The position numbers were made by a program, and so were the translations under genes. The notes under the pieces were generated by a model. That model searched no databases. It was not told the origin of the DNA and was given only the letters and a program-made list of their open reading frames with translations. This document shows, piece after piece, positions 46,794 to 56,806 of a DNA stretch of 59,964 nt. This stretch comes from an uncultured Nitrosopumilales archaeon. GTDB lineage: Archaea > Thermoproteota > Nitrososphaeria > Nitrososphaerales > UBA57. The stretch lies in the NCBI GenBank assembly GCA_964552125.1, contig CAZKFJ010000001.1, positions 1 through 59,964 on the forward strand, read 5' to 3'. The stretch's first letter is position 1; each line of letters begins with the position of its first letter.

Positions 46794-48095
46794 GACTTCT
46801 TTTTCAAATATTTCTTTAACGATTATCTCTAATTTTTTCTTGTATTTTGATGTCGTGTAAATTCTAATTATGTTCATATACCCCAATATTGCATTCATCA
46901 GAGGCAATTCTGTAGCCTTTGTTATCTCAAACTCTTTTTTTCTTGTCTTATTTAATAATACAGTGATCTCATTGAATGATTCTTTCGTTGATGTTGTCGG
47001 AACAGAAGTTGCCGTTGATACATCGATGAATATATGACTCTTAGGTATGTTTGATTTTTCAGCAATCTCATCTGCTAAATTCTCCCTAAATTTTTTTTGT
47101 GCGAATATCTTTGTACTAAATTTGTCCTTTCCTAAGACAATCTTCTCGAATACAAGTTTTAACATCTTTCTGTTTGAATAATCAATCGCTAATTTTTTTG
47201 CTAATTTAGTATTTTCATTTGTTGTATTGATGTTTGAAATATTATAAAGTACTTTCTCATCACCTAGTTCTAAAAATTTGCCTAAATCATCAAGATCCGT
47301 GAAGTGTAATTCATCATCGGATAAAGTCATAGCTCTTGTTATCATTACTGCAGATGCACGAACGCTTTTATGAAAATATACTGCTCTAAACATCTCATAT
47401 CTTGCAATCATTAATGATTCTAATGCATAAAGACTATCTTTGTTTATTGCAAGTTTTTTCCCTGCAACCTCATAGGCATCAATGATTCTATGAACATCTA
47501 CTTTTCCATATTCCACTCCTGAAAAATATGAATCTCTTAGTAAATAATCCATTGAATCGACACTTAGAAATCCCGCAATTATGTCATTCATGAATCTTGG
47601 ATGTTTCTTTGAAACTCCAACACATAAATTAGAAAATCTATTCACATTAATTCCAAACGACGATAAAATATCTGCAATCTCTGTTTCTTTAATAATTCGA
47701 TTTGTAATATTTTCATGTGTCATTCCCTTTTCGTGTAATACATCCTCAAATAGATGGGAAAATGGCCCATGACCAATATCGTGTAATAATGCTGCTATTG
47801 ATAATTCAGTACTCATTTCTTCATCAATCATTTCTTGTGCTTTCAAATGATTGGACGCTCTTTTAGCTAAATGCATAGATCCAATACAATGTTCAAATCT
47901 TGTATGAAGCGCTCCTGGGTATGTCAAATGTGCAGATGCCAGTTGTCTAATTCCTCTCAATCTCTGAAAAACAGGTGAATCAATTATCCTACATTCTAAT
48001 TCATTAGCATAAATATATCCGTGTACCGGGTCTCTTATTTGCGTAACTTCATCTCTCAAAATATTATCCCTTCTTAATTCTATATTTCTTTTCAA
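46788..48095 (-). CDS. HD-domain phosphohydrolase (dNTP triphosphohydrolase/SAMHD1-like, COG1078-type)
   Basis: 435 aa. It has RFEHCIGSMHLA and AALLHDIGHGPFSH (the HD motif), then DSMDYLLRDSYFSG. An in-frame TTG at 48059 would remove the 32-nt overlap with tmk. Confidence 0.8.
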   Translation of the reverse strand: MKRNIELRRDNILRDEVTQIRDPVHGYIYANELECRIIDSPVFQRLRGIRQLASAHLTYPGALHTRFEHCIGSMHLAKRASNHLKAQEMIDEEMSTELSIAALLHDIGHGPFSHLFEDVLHEKGMTHENITNRIIKETEIADILSSFGINVNRFSNLCVGVSKKHPRFMNDIIAGFLSVDSMDYLLRDSYFSGVEYGKVDVHRIIDAYEVAGKKLAINKDSLYALESLMIARYEMFRAVYFHKSVRASAVMITRAMTLSDDELHFTDLDDLGKFLELGDEKVLYNISNINTTNENTKLAKKLAIDYSNRKMLKLVFEKIVLGKDKFSTKIFAQKKFRENLADEIAEKSNIPKSHIFIDVSTATSVPTTSTKESFNEITVLLNKTRKKEFEITKATELPLMNAILGYMNIIRIYTTSKYKKKLEIIVKEIFEKEVL

Positions 48096-48663
48096 CTATT
48101 TTCCATATCTCACTACTTACTTCGTCTTTACTTCGATCCCCCTTTATCTTAAACCATCTATCTTTACTTGCAAGCTTGTTATATTTCGATTTTACATTAT
48201 TGAGAAATTTCTTGTTCCTTTCATATCTGTCTCTATTCTCCGTCTTTCGAATTACTGATTCTGTTATCGGAATATCAATCAAAATCGTTAAATCTTGCTT
48301 CGGTAGACCTAAATCTAGATTCTCCAACCATCTCTTATTCAACCCATTCGCTAATCCATATGCAATATTTGAATCACGATATCTATTACATACGAGAAAA
48401 TCCATTTCTTCTAATAATTGCCTTATTTCTTTCTCTGCTTCCCACCTGTTCGCAGACAATAAAATATGGGATATCTCAACAGAAATCTTATCATCCCGAA
48501 GACATTTTCTTATTAATTTCCCTATAGTTGTATTATATTTTGGAAAAGAAATGTATCCTACTTTGTACCCTTTCTTTTTTAACCTATTTTTGAGTAATAA
48601 CGATTGAGTTTTTTTCCCTGATTGATCAATCCCCTCTATTACTATGAATTTTCCTCTTTTCAA
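48064..48663 (-). CDS. tmk: Thymidylate kinase
   Basis: 199 aa. P-loop FIVIEGIDQSGKKTQ and a DRY-type block (CNRYRDSNIAY). Confidence 0.8.
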   Translation of the reverse strand: MKRGKFIVIEGIDQSGKKTQSLLLKNRLKKKGYKVGYISFPKYNTTIGKLIRKCLRDDKISVEISHILLSANRWEAEKEIRQLLEEMDFLVCNRYRDSNIAYGLANGLNKRWLENLDLGLPKQDLTILIDIPITESVIRKTENRDRYERNKKFLNNVKSKYNKLASKDRWFKIKGDRSKDEVSSEIWKIVEKKYRIKKG

Positions 48664-48752
48664 TACCCGATTTACGTTGTCGATTTATATAAGGTAATTA
48701 TCAACTATTTTCATAGTCTAAATTTTTATCCCGGTATTACCTAATATAATCT

Positions 48753-50291
48753 GTGTCACCACAGTTTATTGAAAAACAATATGTCAAGTCTAATACTATA
48801 GATAAACGTGACTATCAAGTAAATATCGCCGACGCTATTAAATCTCAGAATTCTGTAATTGTGTTACCTACTGGTCTTGGTAAAACCGTAATTGCATTAT
48901 TGGCAATTGCCGAATCAATTATTAATTCTCCAACAAAAACTTGTATGATTCTTGCACCCACTCGTGTTCTTGTTCATCAACACTATGAATTTTTCTTAAA
49001 CTCACTTAATCTTAGCAAAACTGAAATTAGTGTAATCACCGGTGAAGACACGCTAAAAAAACGCCAAACCAAATGGCAAAATCAAATTGTCTGTGCAACT
49101 CCTCAAATTTTACAATTAGATATTCAACGTGGAATTATTGATCTCAATCAGTTTTCTATTGTTATCTTTGATGAAGTACATAGAGCAGTGGGCGATTATG
49201 CATACGTTCCTATTGCAAAATCACTTTATTCACAAAACAAAGAAATCATTATGCATGGAATGACTGCTTCCCTTCCAAGTGAATCAATTAAAGTTGAAGA
49301 AATTATGAATAATCTTCAGGCAAGACATATAGAATCTAGGGATCGTGAGAGTGAAGACGTTAAACCTTATGTTCATAATACCGAGGTTCAAAAAATTGAA
49401 GTTGAATTACCAGAAGAGATCAAATCTATCAGTAATCTGATAAAAAAAACTATATCTTCCTATTCCTTAAAACTAAGAAATAATGGCCAATTATTGCCTA
49501 GAGAACCATCACTAAAAGCCGTTCTTGCTAAAAGTAATCAAATCGAAAAAGACCCATATCTATCAAAACGCTGGGATATCCGAAGTAATCTCTACTCGTT
49601 AGTTCGATTACTTCATGGAATTAATATTCTTGAAACTCAGGGAGTAGGCAGCTTTTCAAAATACATATCCAGACTTCAGTCCAAACAAAAATCTAGTGGA
49701 GTTAAAAAATTATTAGAACATCCTGATTTTAATCAAGCAATTGTTCTTACTAATCGCCTTCAATCTGCTGGCAAAGATCATCCAAAACTTGCCAAATTAG
49801 AAGTAGTAATAGAAGAAAATCTTCATGGCACCGATAAAGCTATAATATTTGCTAGTTATCGTGATACTGTTGATAAAATTTTCGAGGTTCTTCATAATAA
49901 GGGCTATCATGTCGGAACACTAATTGGCAAAAGTGGTCAAACAGGACAATCTCAGAAACAACAATTAGAATCACTTGAAAAATTAAAATCAGGGGAATAT
50001 GATATCATTGTCGCTACTCAAGTGGGCGAAGAAGGTCTAGATGTTTCAGAATGTAAACTTGTTGTTTTTTATGATAATGTTTCTAGTGCTATTAGGTTTA
50101 CCCAAAGATTAGGTAGAACCGGAAGACGTTCTCCTGGAAAAGTAGTATCTTTTATTACTAAAGGAACTCGCGATGAAACAAATTATTATGTGAGTCAACA
50201 AAGATTATCCAAATCACAAAGAACAATTAAACGTATCAATAAAAATTATCAAAAATCCAACGAGAAAAAAGGCCTAGATAAATTTCTTTAA
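48753..50291 (+). CDS. Hef/FANCM-type SF2 helicase (helicase domain only, no nuclease domain)
   Basis: 512 aa with a GTG start. It has RDYQ, motif I LPTGLGKT, motif II DEVH, motif III MTAS and motif VI QRLGRTGRR, with an inserted helical domain between the RecA lobes. Confidence 0.75.
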   Translation: MSPQFIEKQYVKSNTIDKRDYQVNIADAIKSQNSVIVLPTGLGKTVIALLAIAESIINSPTKTCMILAPTRVLVHQHYEFFLNSLNLSKTEISVITGEDTLKKRQTKWQNQIVCATPQILQLDIQRGIIDLNQFSIVIFDEVHRAVGDYAYVPIAKSLYSQNKEIIMHGMTASLPSESIKVEEIMNNLQARHIESRDRESEDVKPYVHNTEVQKIEVELPEEIKSISNLIKKTISSYSLKLRNNGQLLPREPSLKAVLAKSNQIEKDPYLSKRWDIRSNLYSLVRLLHGINILETQGVGSFSKYISRLQSKQKSSGVKKLLEHPDFNQAIVLTNRLQSAGKDHPKLAKLEVVIEENLHGTDKAIIFASYRDTVDKIFEVLHNKGYHVGTLIGKSGQTGQSQKQQLESLEKLKSGEYDIIVATQVGEEGLDVSECKLVVFYDNVSSAIRFTQRLGRTGRRSPGKVVSFITKGTRDETNYYVSQQRLSKSQRTIKRINKNYQKSNEKKGLDKFL

Positions 50292-50340
50292 TGTTCTTAA
50301 TTGTTATACATTTATTATTAATGTTTTTAAATTAACTATA

Positions 50341-51132
50341 ATGGAGTGTTCGTTTTGTCACGTATTCGAAGATTTACCATTTAATTGTTCTTATTGTAAA
50401 CTCGTTTTCTGTTCATCTCATCGATTACCCGAAAAACACCAATGCAGTCAATTATATCGAGTTCATAAACCCCGAGAGACTTCTTATAGACAAAGTAACC
50501 CTGCCCTTTCCATTAATAATCTAAATTCTATTGACTCACGAATTAATCGCATACTTAATACTGAATTACGTCAACTTATGCTCGGTATGATTTTAGTACT
50601 TTTAGTAGGAATTTCATTCTTTTTGAGCAATAATTACTCCTATTCTGCAATTACCATATTAATTCTTGGCCTCGTATTGATGGGTTCATTCTTAATTCAT
50701 GAGATGTCCCATAAATTTCTTGCATTGAGAAATGGCTATAGAGCCGAATTTCGCGTAAATTCAATGGGTGTGCTTCTGACATTCTTTAGTATATTCCCAT
50801 TTGTTCCACTGAAGATTATTGCTCCTGGAGCAGTTATGATATCTGGGTATCCCTCTAATCCAACACTGGGAAAAATTGCTTTAGCAGGCCCTATTAGTAA
50901 TATGATTCTTGGCGTGTCTTCAATATTTATTCTAATATCTTTTTCTCTCACACCGGAATTGTTCGCAATCATCTCTACTGCCGCTTATATAAATGGAATT
51001 CTTGCAGCATTCAATTTGTTACCATTTAGTATAATAGATGGCAAGAAAGTGTATAATTGGAATAAATATGTCTGGCTTTTCTCTTTTCTTTTCTGTATAT
51101 CATTTATATTTGTTGTTTCTAATATAATGTGA
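50341..51132 (+). CDS. AN1-type zinc finger fused to an M50 (site-2 protease-like) membrane metalloprotease
   Basis: The N-terminus CSFC-x9-CSYC-x4-C-x2-H-x5-H-x-C is a complete AN1 pattern. It is followed by transmembrane helices carrying HEMSHKF (HExxH) and AFNLLPFSIIDG (the NxxPxxxxDG S2P motif). Confidence 0.75.
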   Translation: MECSFCHVFEDLPFNCSYCKLVFCSSHRLPEKHQCSQLYRVHKPRETSYRQSNPALSINNLNSIDSRINRILNTELRQLMLGMILVLLVGISFFLSNNYSYSAITILILGLVLMGSFLIHEMSHKFLALRNGYRAEFRVNSMGVLLTFFSIFPFVPLKIIAPGAVMISGYPSNPTLGKIALAGPISNMILGVSSIFILISFSLTPELFAIISTAAYINGILAAFNLLPFSIIDGKKVYNWNKYVWLFSFLFCISFIFVVSNIM

Positions 51133-51137
51133 TTAAC

Positions 51138-52595
51138 ATGAAGAAAAAATTTACCTCCTTTGAAATTGGTTCATTTATCTCTACAACTATCTTTGATGAT
51201 TTGACATTAAGTCCTAATACTCGTAAAATTGATAAAAAAATAGGTAATCTTATTTCCACTATAATAAAAAACAAAGAATTCACAGGCAAGTCCAATGAAT
51301 CGATGTTGTTAAGGACTCCTCAAACAAGCGTTCTAATTATTGGATTAGGAAGTAAAAAATGCCTATCAAATGATAAACTTCGTGACGCTGCTGCCAAAGC
51401 TTCCATTACCGCTAAAAACCTAAAATCCAAGTCTTTTTCCTTTAATCACGATATTTCTGATATGACCAATGACTACGTTGAAGCAGTTGTCCAAGGATCC
51501 GAATTGGGGCTTTATAATTTTAATGTCTACAAAAGTACCAAAAAAGACTTCCGACCTTCAACTATGAATCTGATTATTAAAAATAAAACTAAAACTTCTC
51601 TTACTAAAAGTATCAAAACCGGAGAAATCATTGCTGACGCTATTATGCTTTCTCGAGATATTTCCAATCTTCCTAGTAAAGATTGTACTCCTTTACAGCT
51701 TGCTTCTCGAGCTAAAAAGATTTCATCAAATAGACCGCTTAAAACTACAATTTTTAATACTGATAAACTCAAAAAACTAGGTTTTGGCGGTCTTTTAGGA
51801 GTTGCTAGTGGTTCTCAACAGCCTCCTTGCTTCATAATAATGGAATATAATGGAGGTAAACGAGGAGAAAAGCCTGTTGTCTTTGTTGGTAAAACTATTA
51901 CTTTTGATACTGGAGGAATTTCTATAAAACCATCTCCTTCTATGGACGAAATGAAACATGATAAATCTGGAGGCGCAACTGTTATGGCTCTAATGCAAGC
52001 AGTCGCCGATCTTAAACTCCCTGTTAATGTCATTGGCTTAATGCCAGCTACAGAAAACATGCCTAGTGGTTCTGCATACAAACCTGGTGATGTAATTACA
52101 TTTTATAATAAAAAGACTGCAGAAATTCTAAATACTGATGCAGAAGGACGTGTAATTCTTGCCGACGCTCTGTCTTATGCACAAAATTATAAACCAAGAA
52201 TGATTATTGATTTCGCTACTTTAACAGGTGCCTGTATAGTTGCATTAGGTACTGCTGTAAGCGGTCTTCTTGGCAATGATAAAAAAATTATTAATTCATT
52301 ATTCGAATCTGGAGAACGCACAGGAGAAAAAGTCTGGGAACTACCTCTCACTAAAGATTATAAAAAACTTATCCAAAGTGATATTGCCGATATTAAAAAT
52401 ATCGGAGGTCGTGGAGCTGGTACTATAACTGCTGCAGCCTTTCTTAGTCATTTTGTAGGTGATTATCCATGGGCACACCTTGATATTGCAGGTACTGCTT
52501 GGACGCAAGAAGGAACTCCTAAGAAATCTTATATTAAGAAGGGAGCTACTGGCGTTGGCGTACTTCTCAGTATAGATTTCCTAAGAAATTTATAA
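51138..52595 (+). CDS. pepA: Leucyl aminopeptidase (M17 family)
   Basis: VGKTITFDTGGISIKP, NTDAEGRVILADAL and DFATLTGA blocks are present. The track's GTG at 51129 overlaps the upstream stop, and ATG 51138 is in frame. Confidence 0.9.
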   Translation: MKKKFTSFEIGSFISTTIFDDLTLSPNTRKIDKKIGNLISTIIKNKEFTGKSNESMLLRTPQTSVLIIGLGSKKCLSNDKLRDAAAKASITAKNLKSKSFSFNHDISDMTNDYVEAVVQGSELGLYNFNVYKSTKKDFRPSTMNLIIKNKTKTSLTKSIKTGEIIADAIMLSRDISNLPSKDCTPLQLASRAKKISSNRPLKTTIFNTDKLKKLGFGGLLGVASGSQQPPCFIIMEYNGGKRGEKPVVFVGKTITFDTGGISIKPSPSMDEMKHDKSGGATVMALMQAVADLKLPVNVIGLMPATENMPSGSAYKPGDVITFYNKKTAEILNTDAEGRVILADALSYAQNYKPRMIIDFATLTGACIVALGTAVSGLLGNDKKIINSLFESGERTGEKVWELPLTKDYKKLIQSDIADIKNIGGRGAGTITAAAFLSHFVGDYPWAHLDIAGTAWTQEGTPKKSYIKKGATGVGVLLSIDFLRNL

Positions 52596-52644
52596 GAATC
52601 AGTATTAATGAAATTGAGTTGAATACAGGACTAGAATCTTATTC

Positions 52645-54267
52645 TTAATAATCCATTCCGCCAGGTGGGCCGCCTGGTGCACCGCCACCTTTGGCTGATG
52701 ATATTGTATCATCAATTCTTAATATCATGTTAGTTACTTCAATTGCAGCTTTGATAACTTGTTCTTTGACTTTCAATGGTTCATAGACATTTCTTTTTGA
52801 CATATCTGCTAATCCTCCTCTTAAAGCATCAACACCATACCATTTCTTTCCTTCAACTTGTCCTGCTCTGAGATTTACCTGAGTATCTATTGCATCCATT
52901 CCTGCATTTTCTGCTAGTGTTATTGGTAATGATTCTATAGCATCTGCAAACTTTTGCGCCGCTAATTGCTCTCTACCCGTTAAATTGTTTGCCCATTGTC
53001 GGATTTTATATGCAACATTTGCTTCAGGAGCACCTCCTCCTGCTACAATATATGGATATTCTAGCACGTCTTTTACTACCATTAATGAATCATGTAATGA
53101 TCTCTCTGCTTCATCAAGAACTCTTGGAGAACCTCCTCGAATTAATATTGATACAGCTTTTGGGTTCTTGCATCCTTCAATAAATACCCATTTATCAGTT
53201 TCAATCTTTCTTTCTTCAACTAATGCCGCAGAACCAATATCATCCTTCGTAAGATCTTTGAGGTTTGAAACTATTCTTGCTCCTGTAGCTTTAGCTAATT
53301 TTGTCATGTCGCTTTCTTTTACTCTTCTGACTGCCATGACTCCCTCTTGTGCTAAATAGTGTTGAGCAATATCGTCAATTCCTTTTTGACATATTACAAT
53401 GTTCGCACCAGATGCAACTATTTGATCTACGTATTGTTTCAACATTCTATTTTCTTCATCTAGGAATTGTTTCATTTGCAATGGATCGTTTATTCTAATT
53501 TCAGCACTAATTTCTGTTTTTTCGATTTCTAATGCAGCATTAACTACTGCAATCTTTGCTTTATTGATAGATTTTGGCATACTTGAATGAACTACTTCTT
53601 TGTCTAATACGATACCTTTAATTAATGAAGTTTCACTCATTGAAGCTCCCGGTTTCTTATCAATCTTGATATTTGCTAAATCAATTTTTGTTTCTCCGTC
53701 ATTATTGCCTGAAACTAATAACAAAGCATCAACAACAATTTTTGATAATTCTTTAGCTTCTTCTGCAACTAGTTTACTCATCATGCTGGTCGAAGCAATT
53801 TTTATTAATACATCTCTATTGTTCTTATCAACTTTAATTGCAATTTTCTTTAAAATATTAAGTGCTTCTTCAGCAGCTCGTGCATATCCATCTATTACCA
53901 TCGTTGGATGTACTTCTTTATCAATCAATTCTTGTGCTTTTTCTAATAATGCTCCAGAAAAAACAACCGATGTAGTGGTACCATCTCCTACTTCATTGTC
54001 AGTAGTTCTTGCTACTTCTACCATCATTTTTCCTGCTGGATGTTGCATGTCTATTTCTTTCAAAATAGTAGCCCCATCATTTGTTATCGTTACGTCTCCT
54101 AGACCATCTACTAACATTTTATCCATTCCTCTTGGACCTAATGATGTTTTTACTAATTGTGCTACTAATGTTGCAGCAAATATGTTATTTTTTTGTGCTT
54201 CTTTTCCCTTTGTTTCGCTAGAACCTTCTTTCAAAATAAAGACAGGTTGTCCGTTGTTATTACTCAT
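52645..54267 (-). CDS. ths: Thermosome subunit (group II chaperonin)
   Basis: 540 aa. It has GPRGMDKML, VGDGTTT, VAGGGAPE and a C-terminal GGAPGGPPGGMDY tail. Confidence 0.95.
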   Translation of the reverse strand: MSNNNGQPVFILKEGSSETKGKEAQKNNIFAATLVAQLVKTSLGPRGMDKMLVDGLGDVTITNDGATILKEIDMQHPAGKMMVEVARTTDNEVGDGTTTSVVFSGALLEKAQELIDKEVHPTMVIDGYARAAEEALNILKKIAIKVDKNNRDVLIKIASTSMMSKLVAEEAKELSKIVVDALLLVSGNNDGETKIDLANIKIDKKPGASMSETSLIKGIVLDKEVVHSSMPKSINKAKIAVVNAALEIEKTEISAEIRINDPLQMKQFLDEENRMLKQYVDQIVASGANIVICQKGIDDIAQHYLAQEGVMAVRRVKESDMTKLAKATGARIVSNLKDLTKDDIGSAALVEERKIETDKWVFIEGCKNPKAVSILIRGGSPRVLDEAERSLHDSLMVVKDVLEYPYIVAGGGAPEANVAYKIRQWANNLTGREQLAAQKFADAIESLPITLAENAGMDAIDTQVNLRAGQVEGKKWYGVDALRGGLADMSKRNVYEPLKVKEQVIKAAIEVTNMILRIDDTISSAKGGGAPGGPPGGMDY

Positions 54268-54293
54268 TAATAATCACATTTTTGTACGTAAAA

Positions 54294-55475
54294 CTATGTT
54301 TTTAACTTTTTCTCTGATTCTTGAAACTTAACGTAATGTACATCAAATGGAGCCTTTTTGTCCACTGAACATTTTATTCTCAATACTTTCCGAAAATTAG
54401 GTTCAACTTGTTCATTCTCTCCAGAAACCAATTTTTTAATATTTATTCCACCTTCGCAAACTAATTCTATCGTGATTCTATTTCCTGATATTTTTTTCAC
54501 TTTAATCGAAATAACCTTTCTTGTGAAATACTTTCTTTTATTCATCGAATATATTGAAATATCTTTGTCACTGAAATACTTCTCAATCTTTCTTATCCTC
54601 TTTTCATCTTTTATGTTTGACTCAAAATTCACTTTTGCCTTCATGATGAAACCATTGTCAATTATTGGCCTTTTTGTTAGAATTTCTGCAGACTTGATTG
54701 TAATTCCATACTTCATTTTCTTTTCTCTAAACAACGCCTTACGTTTGGTTGGCGAACTTATCTCTGCAAAAAATGGCCTTCCTTTATATTTCACTAAACT
54801 ATTCTGATCTTCACTCCCTATCCAAGATATTTTTATTTCATTTGCATTAAATTTCTTCTTTAAGTATTTTTGTATTTCATTCTCTATCGAAGGTAATCTC
54901 ATAAACCCAGAAAACTTACATGCCTTACATCCTTCACTTCTACATTGTTTACATCGTTGTTTTTTCTGATTAATACCTCTCTCATTCTTCACATACATTC
55001 CTTTTACAAATATTGGCCTAGATGATAATTCAATTTCATCAAATAATGTGTTAACAAGGATATTTAGTTCAGGTCTATTGAGTCTAATCGTTTTACCATT
55101 CTTTCTTTTAATTATTTTTGATAATTCTTTAGTTATTTCACTCTTTATTGGTTCACCTCCTTTTACCTTAAATTCTGAACGCACTATGTCTTCTCTTTCT
55201 ATTATTTCTGAATCAAGAATTGTTCCTACCATAAAACTTGAATATTCATATTTTTCAGTTTCTGTTATGATTTTTTTTGCAAGTTTACCTAGATCATTCA
55301 TCATTCCCTCACAAATGAAACATTCTTTTTTAATTTGGTTCTTTTTTATTATCTCTCTGATGTTTTTTCCATTTATTCTATTAGTAAAATTACTTGAAAA
55401 TTGTCTTCCTAAACAACTATCGCATAATTTATACCTGTTAAAAACCCTTCTCGCAGTTCTAGTTTTAGCATCCAG
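54294..55475 (-). CDS. pus10: tRNA pseudouridine(54/55) synthase Pus10; N-terminus extends beyond the ATG-delimited ORF (54294..55304)
   Basis: The called ORF has CKQC..CKAC, GSED and GRPFFAEI blocks like Pus10. The same frame stays open for 57 further codons upstream, encoding ..ARRVFNRYKLCDSCLGRQF...CFICEG, a CxxC/CxxC zinc ribbon. That extension contains no ATG, GTG or TTG. A CTG lies at 55475. An ATG at 55471 lies in the frame displaced 1 nt downstream of the Pus10 frame, ahead of a T5 run. Confidence 0.65.
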   Translation of the reverse strand: MDAKTRTARRVFNRYKLCDSCLGRQFSSNFTNRINGKNIREIIKKNQIKKECFICEGMMNDLGKLAKKIITETEKYEYSSFMVGTILDSEIIEREDIVRSEFKVKGGEPIKSEITKELSKIIKRKNGKTIRLNRPELNILVNTLFDEIELSSRPIFVKGMYVKNERGINQKKQRCKQCRSEGCKACKFSGFMRLPSIENEIQKYLKKKFNANEIKISWIGSEDQNSLVKYKGRPFFAEISSPTKRKALFREKKMKYGITIKSAEILTKRPIIDNGFIMKAKVNFESNIKDEKRIRKIEKYFSDKDISIYSMNKRKYFTRKVISIKVKKISGNRITIELVCEGGINIKKLVSGENEQVEPNFRKVLRIKCSVDKKAPFDVHYVKFQESEKKLKT

Positions 55476-55477
55476 AT

Positions 55478-56800
55478 TTAATTTGCACCTAACTTTTTCA
55501 TCAATTGTCGCATTCCTCGTCCTTTACTAGCTTTCATCATTTGTTTGGATTGTTTATACCTGTTCAACAATTCCTTTATCTCTTTTTCAGACCTTCCAGA
55601 ACCTATTGCTATTCTTTTTATTCTTGACGAATTCATTAAATCTGGGTCCTCCTTCTCATCTTTTGTCATGGATTGAATTATAAACTTCCATTTCTCCATA
55701 TTCTCTTCTATGTTATCGATATCTTTTTCTGGAACTTGTGCTGCCCCTGGAATCAATTCCATTACTTTTTTTAAGGATCCCATCTTGTTAATTTGTTCCA
55801 ATTGTTCATATAGATCGTTTATTGTCATTTTTCCCGACATTATTCTTTGCATCTTTATGTCCTGATCTTCTGACTGAATCTCCTTTAATCTTTGTAATAA
55901 TGTTTGAATATCTCCCATTCCAATTAATCTTCCAACAAATCTAGTTGATACAAATTCTTCTAAATCATCAATTCTTTCTCCTGTACCTATGAAAAATATA
56001 TTTGCATTGGTATTTGTTACAGCTGCTATTGCACCTCCACCTTTTGCAGCTCCATCTAGTTTTGTTATTATTATTCCACCAATTGAACTAACTTCTGTGA
56101 ACGCTTTTGACTGAGCTTCTGATTGCTGTCCAATCGTAGAATCAATTACCAATAAAGTGTGATCAGGTTTTATTTTCTTCGTTAATTCCTTCATTTCATC
56201 CATTAATCCACCTTCTTCTTTATGCCGTCCAGTTGTATCAATTATTATGACTTCTTTTTCTACCTTGTTGAAATAATCAATCCCCTCGTTGATAATTTTT
56301 ACAGCATCTTTCTCCTTTTCTTTACCAAATATTTCAATATCAAATGGCTCACATAATGATGTAATCTGTGCTAATGCACCAGGTCTGAAAGTATCTGCGC
56401 CTATTACTCCTACTGAATGATTCTTCTTGGTCAAATATCTAGCTAATTTGCCAATTGTTGTAGTCTTTCCACTTCCTTGTATTCCTAATACCAAAATTAT
56501 ATTGCCTTTTGCTTTATTTAGTTCAAATTTTCTTTCTGAACCTAGCGTTGTAGATAATTCTTCATAAAGTATTTTTACAATATAGTCTCGTTTTGGTATT
56601 CCTGTAGGTATTTTTTCCCCCAATGCCCTAGTTTCAATTTTCTTTGTTAAATCGAATACGAGTTTTACATTTACATCTGCTTGAAGTAATGATCTTTGTA
56701 AATCTTTAACAAACTCCTTTACAGACTGTTCATCAATTTCATCATTTCCCACAAACTTCTTTATTGCATCTTGTAAACCTGTTTTAAGATTATCTAACAT
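55478..56800 (-). CDS. srp54: Signal recognition particle protein SRP54
   Basis: 440 aa. The NG domain has GIQGSGKTTT, DTTGR and TKLDG. The C-terminal M domain is Met-rich. Confidence 0.95.
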   Translation of the reverse strand: MLDNLKTGLQDAIKKFVGNDEIDEQSVKEFVKDLQRSLLQADVNVKLVFDLTKKIETRALGEKIPTGIPKRDYIVKILYEELSTTLGSERKFELNKAKGNIILVLGIQGSGKTTTIGKLARYLTKKNHSVGVIGADTFRPGALAQITSLCEPFDIEIFGKEKEKDAVKIINEGIDYFNKVEKEVIIIDTTGRHKEEGGLMDEMKELTKKIKPDHTLLVIDSTIGQQSEAQSKAFTEVSSIGGIIITKLDGAAKGGGAIAAVTNTNANIFFIGTGERIDDLEEFVSTRFVGRLIGMGDIQTLLQRLKEIQSEDQDIKMQRIMSGKMTINDLYEQLEQINKMGSLKKVMELIPGAAQVPEKDIDNIEENMEKWKFIIQSMTKDEKEDPDLMNSSRIKRIAIGSGRSEKEIKELLNRYKQSKQMMKASKGRGMRQLMKKLGAN

Positions 56801-56806
56801 AACACA

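Noticed and set aside
53600-54331. 243-aa plus-strand ORF, plus the 52985..53359 and 52989..53183 ORFs
   Set aside because: All lie antisense to the highly conserved thermosome gene. Their Ser/Leu/Ile-rich composition is typical of shadow ORFs in AT-rich DNA.
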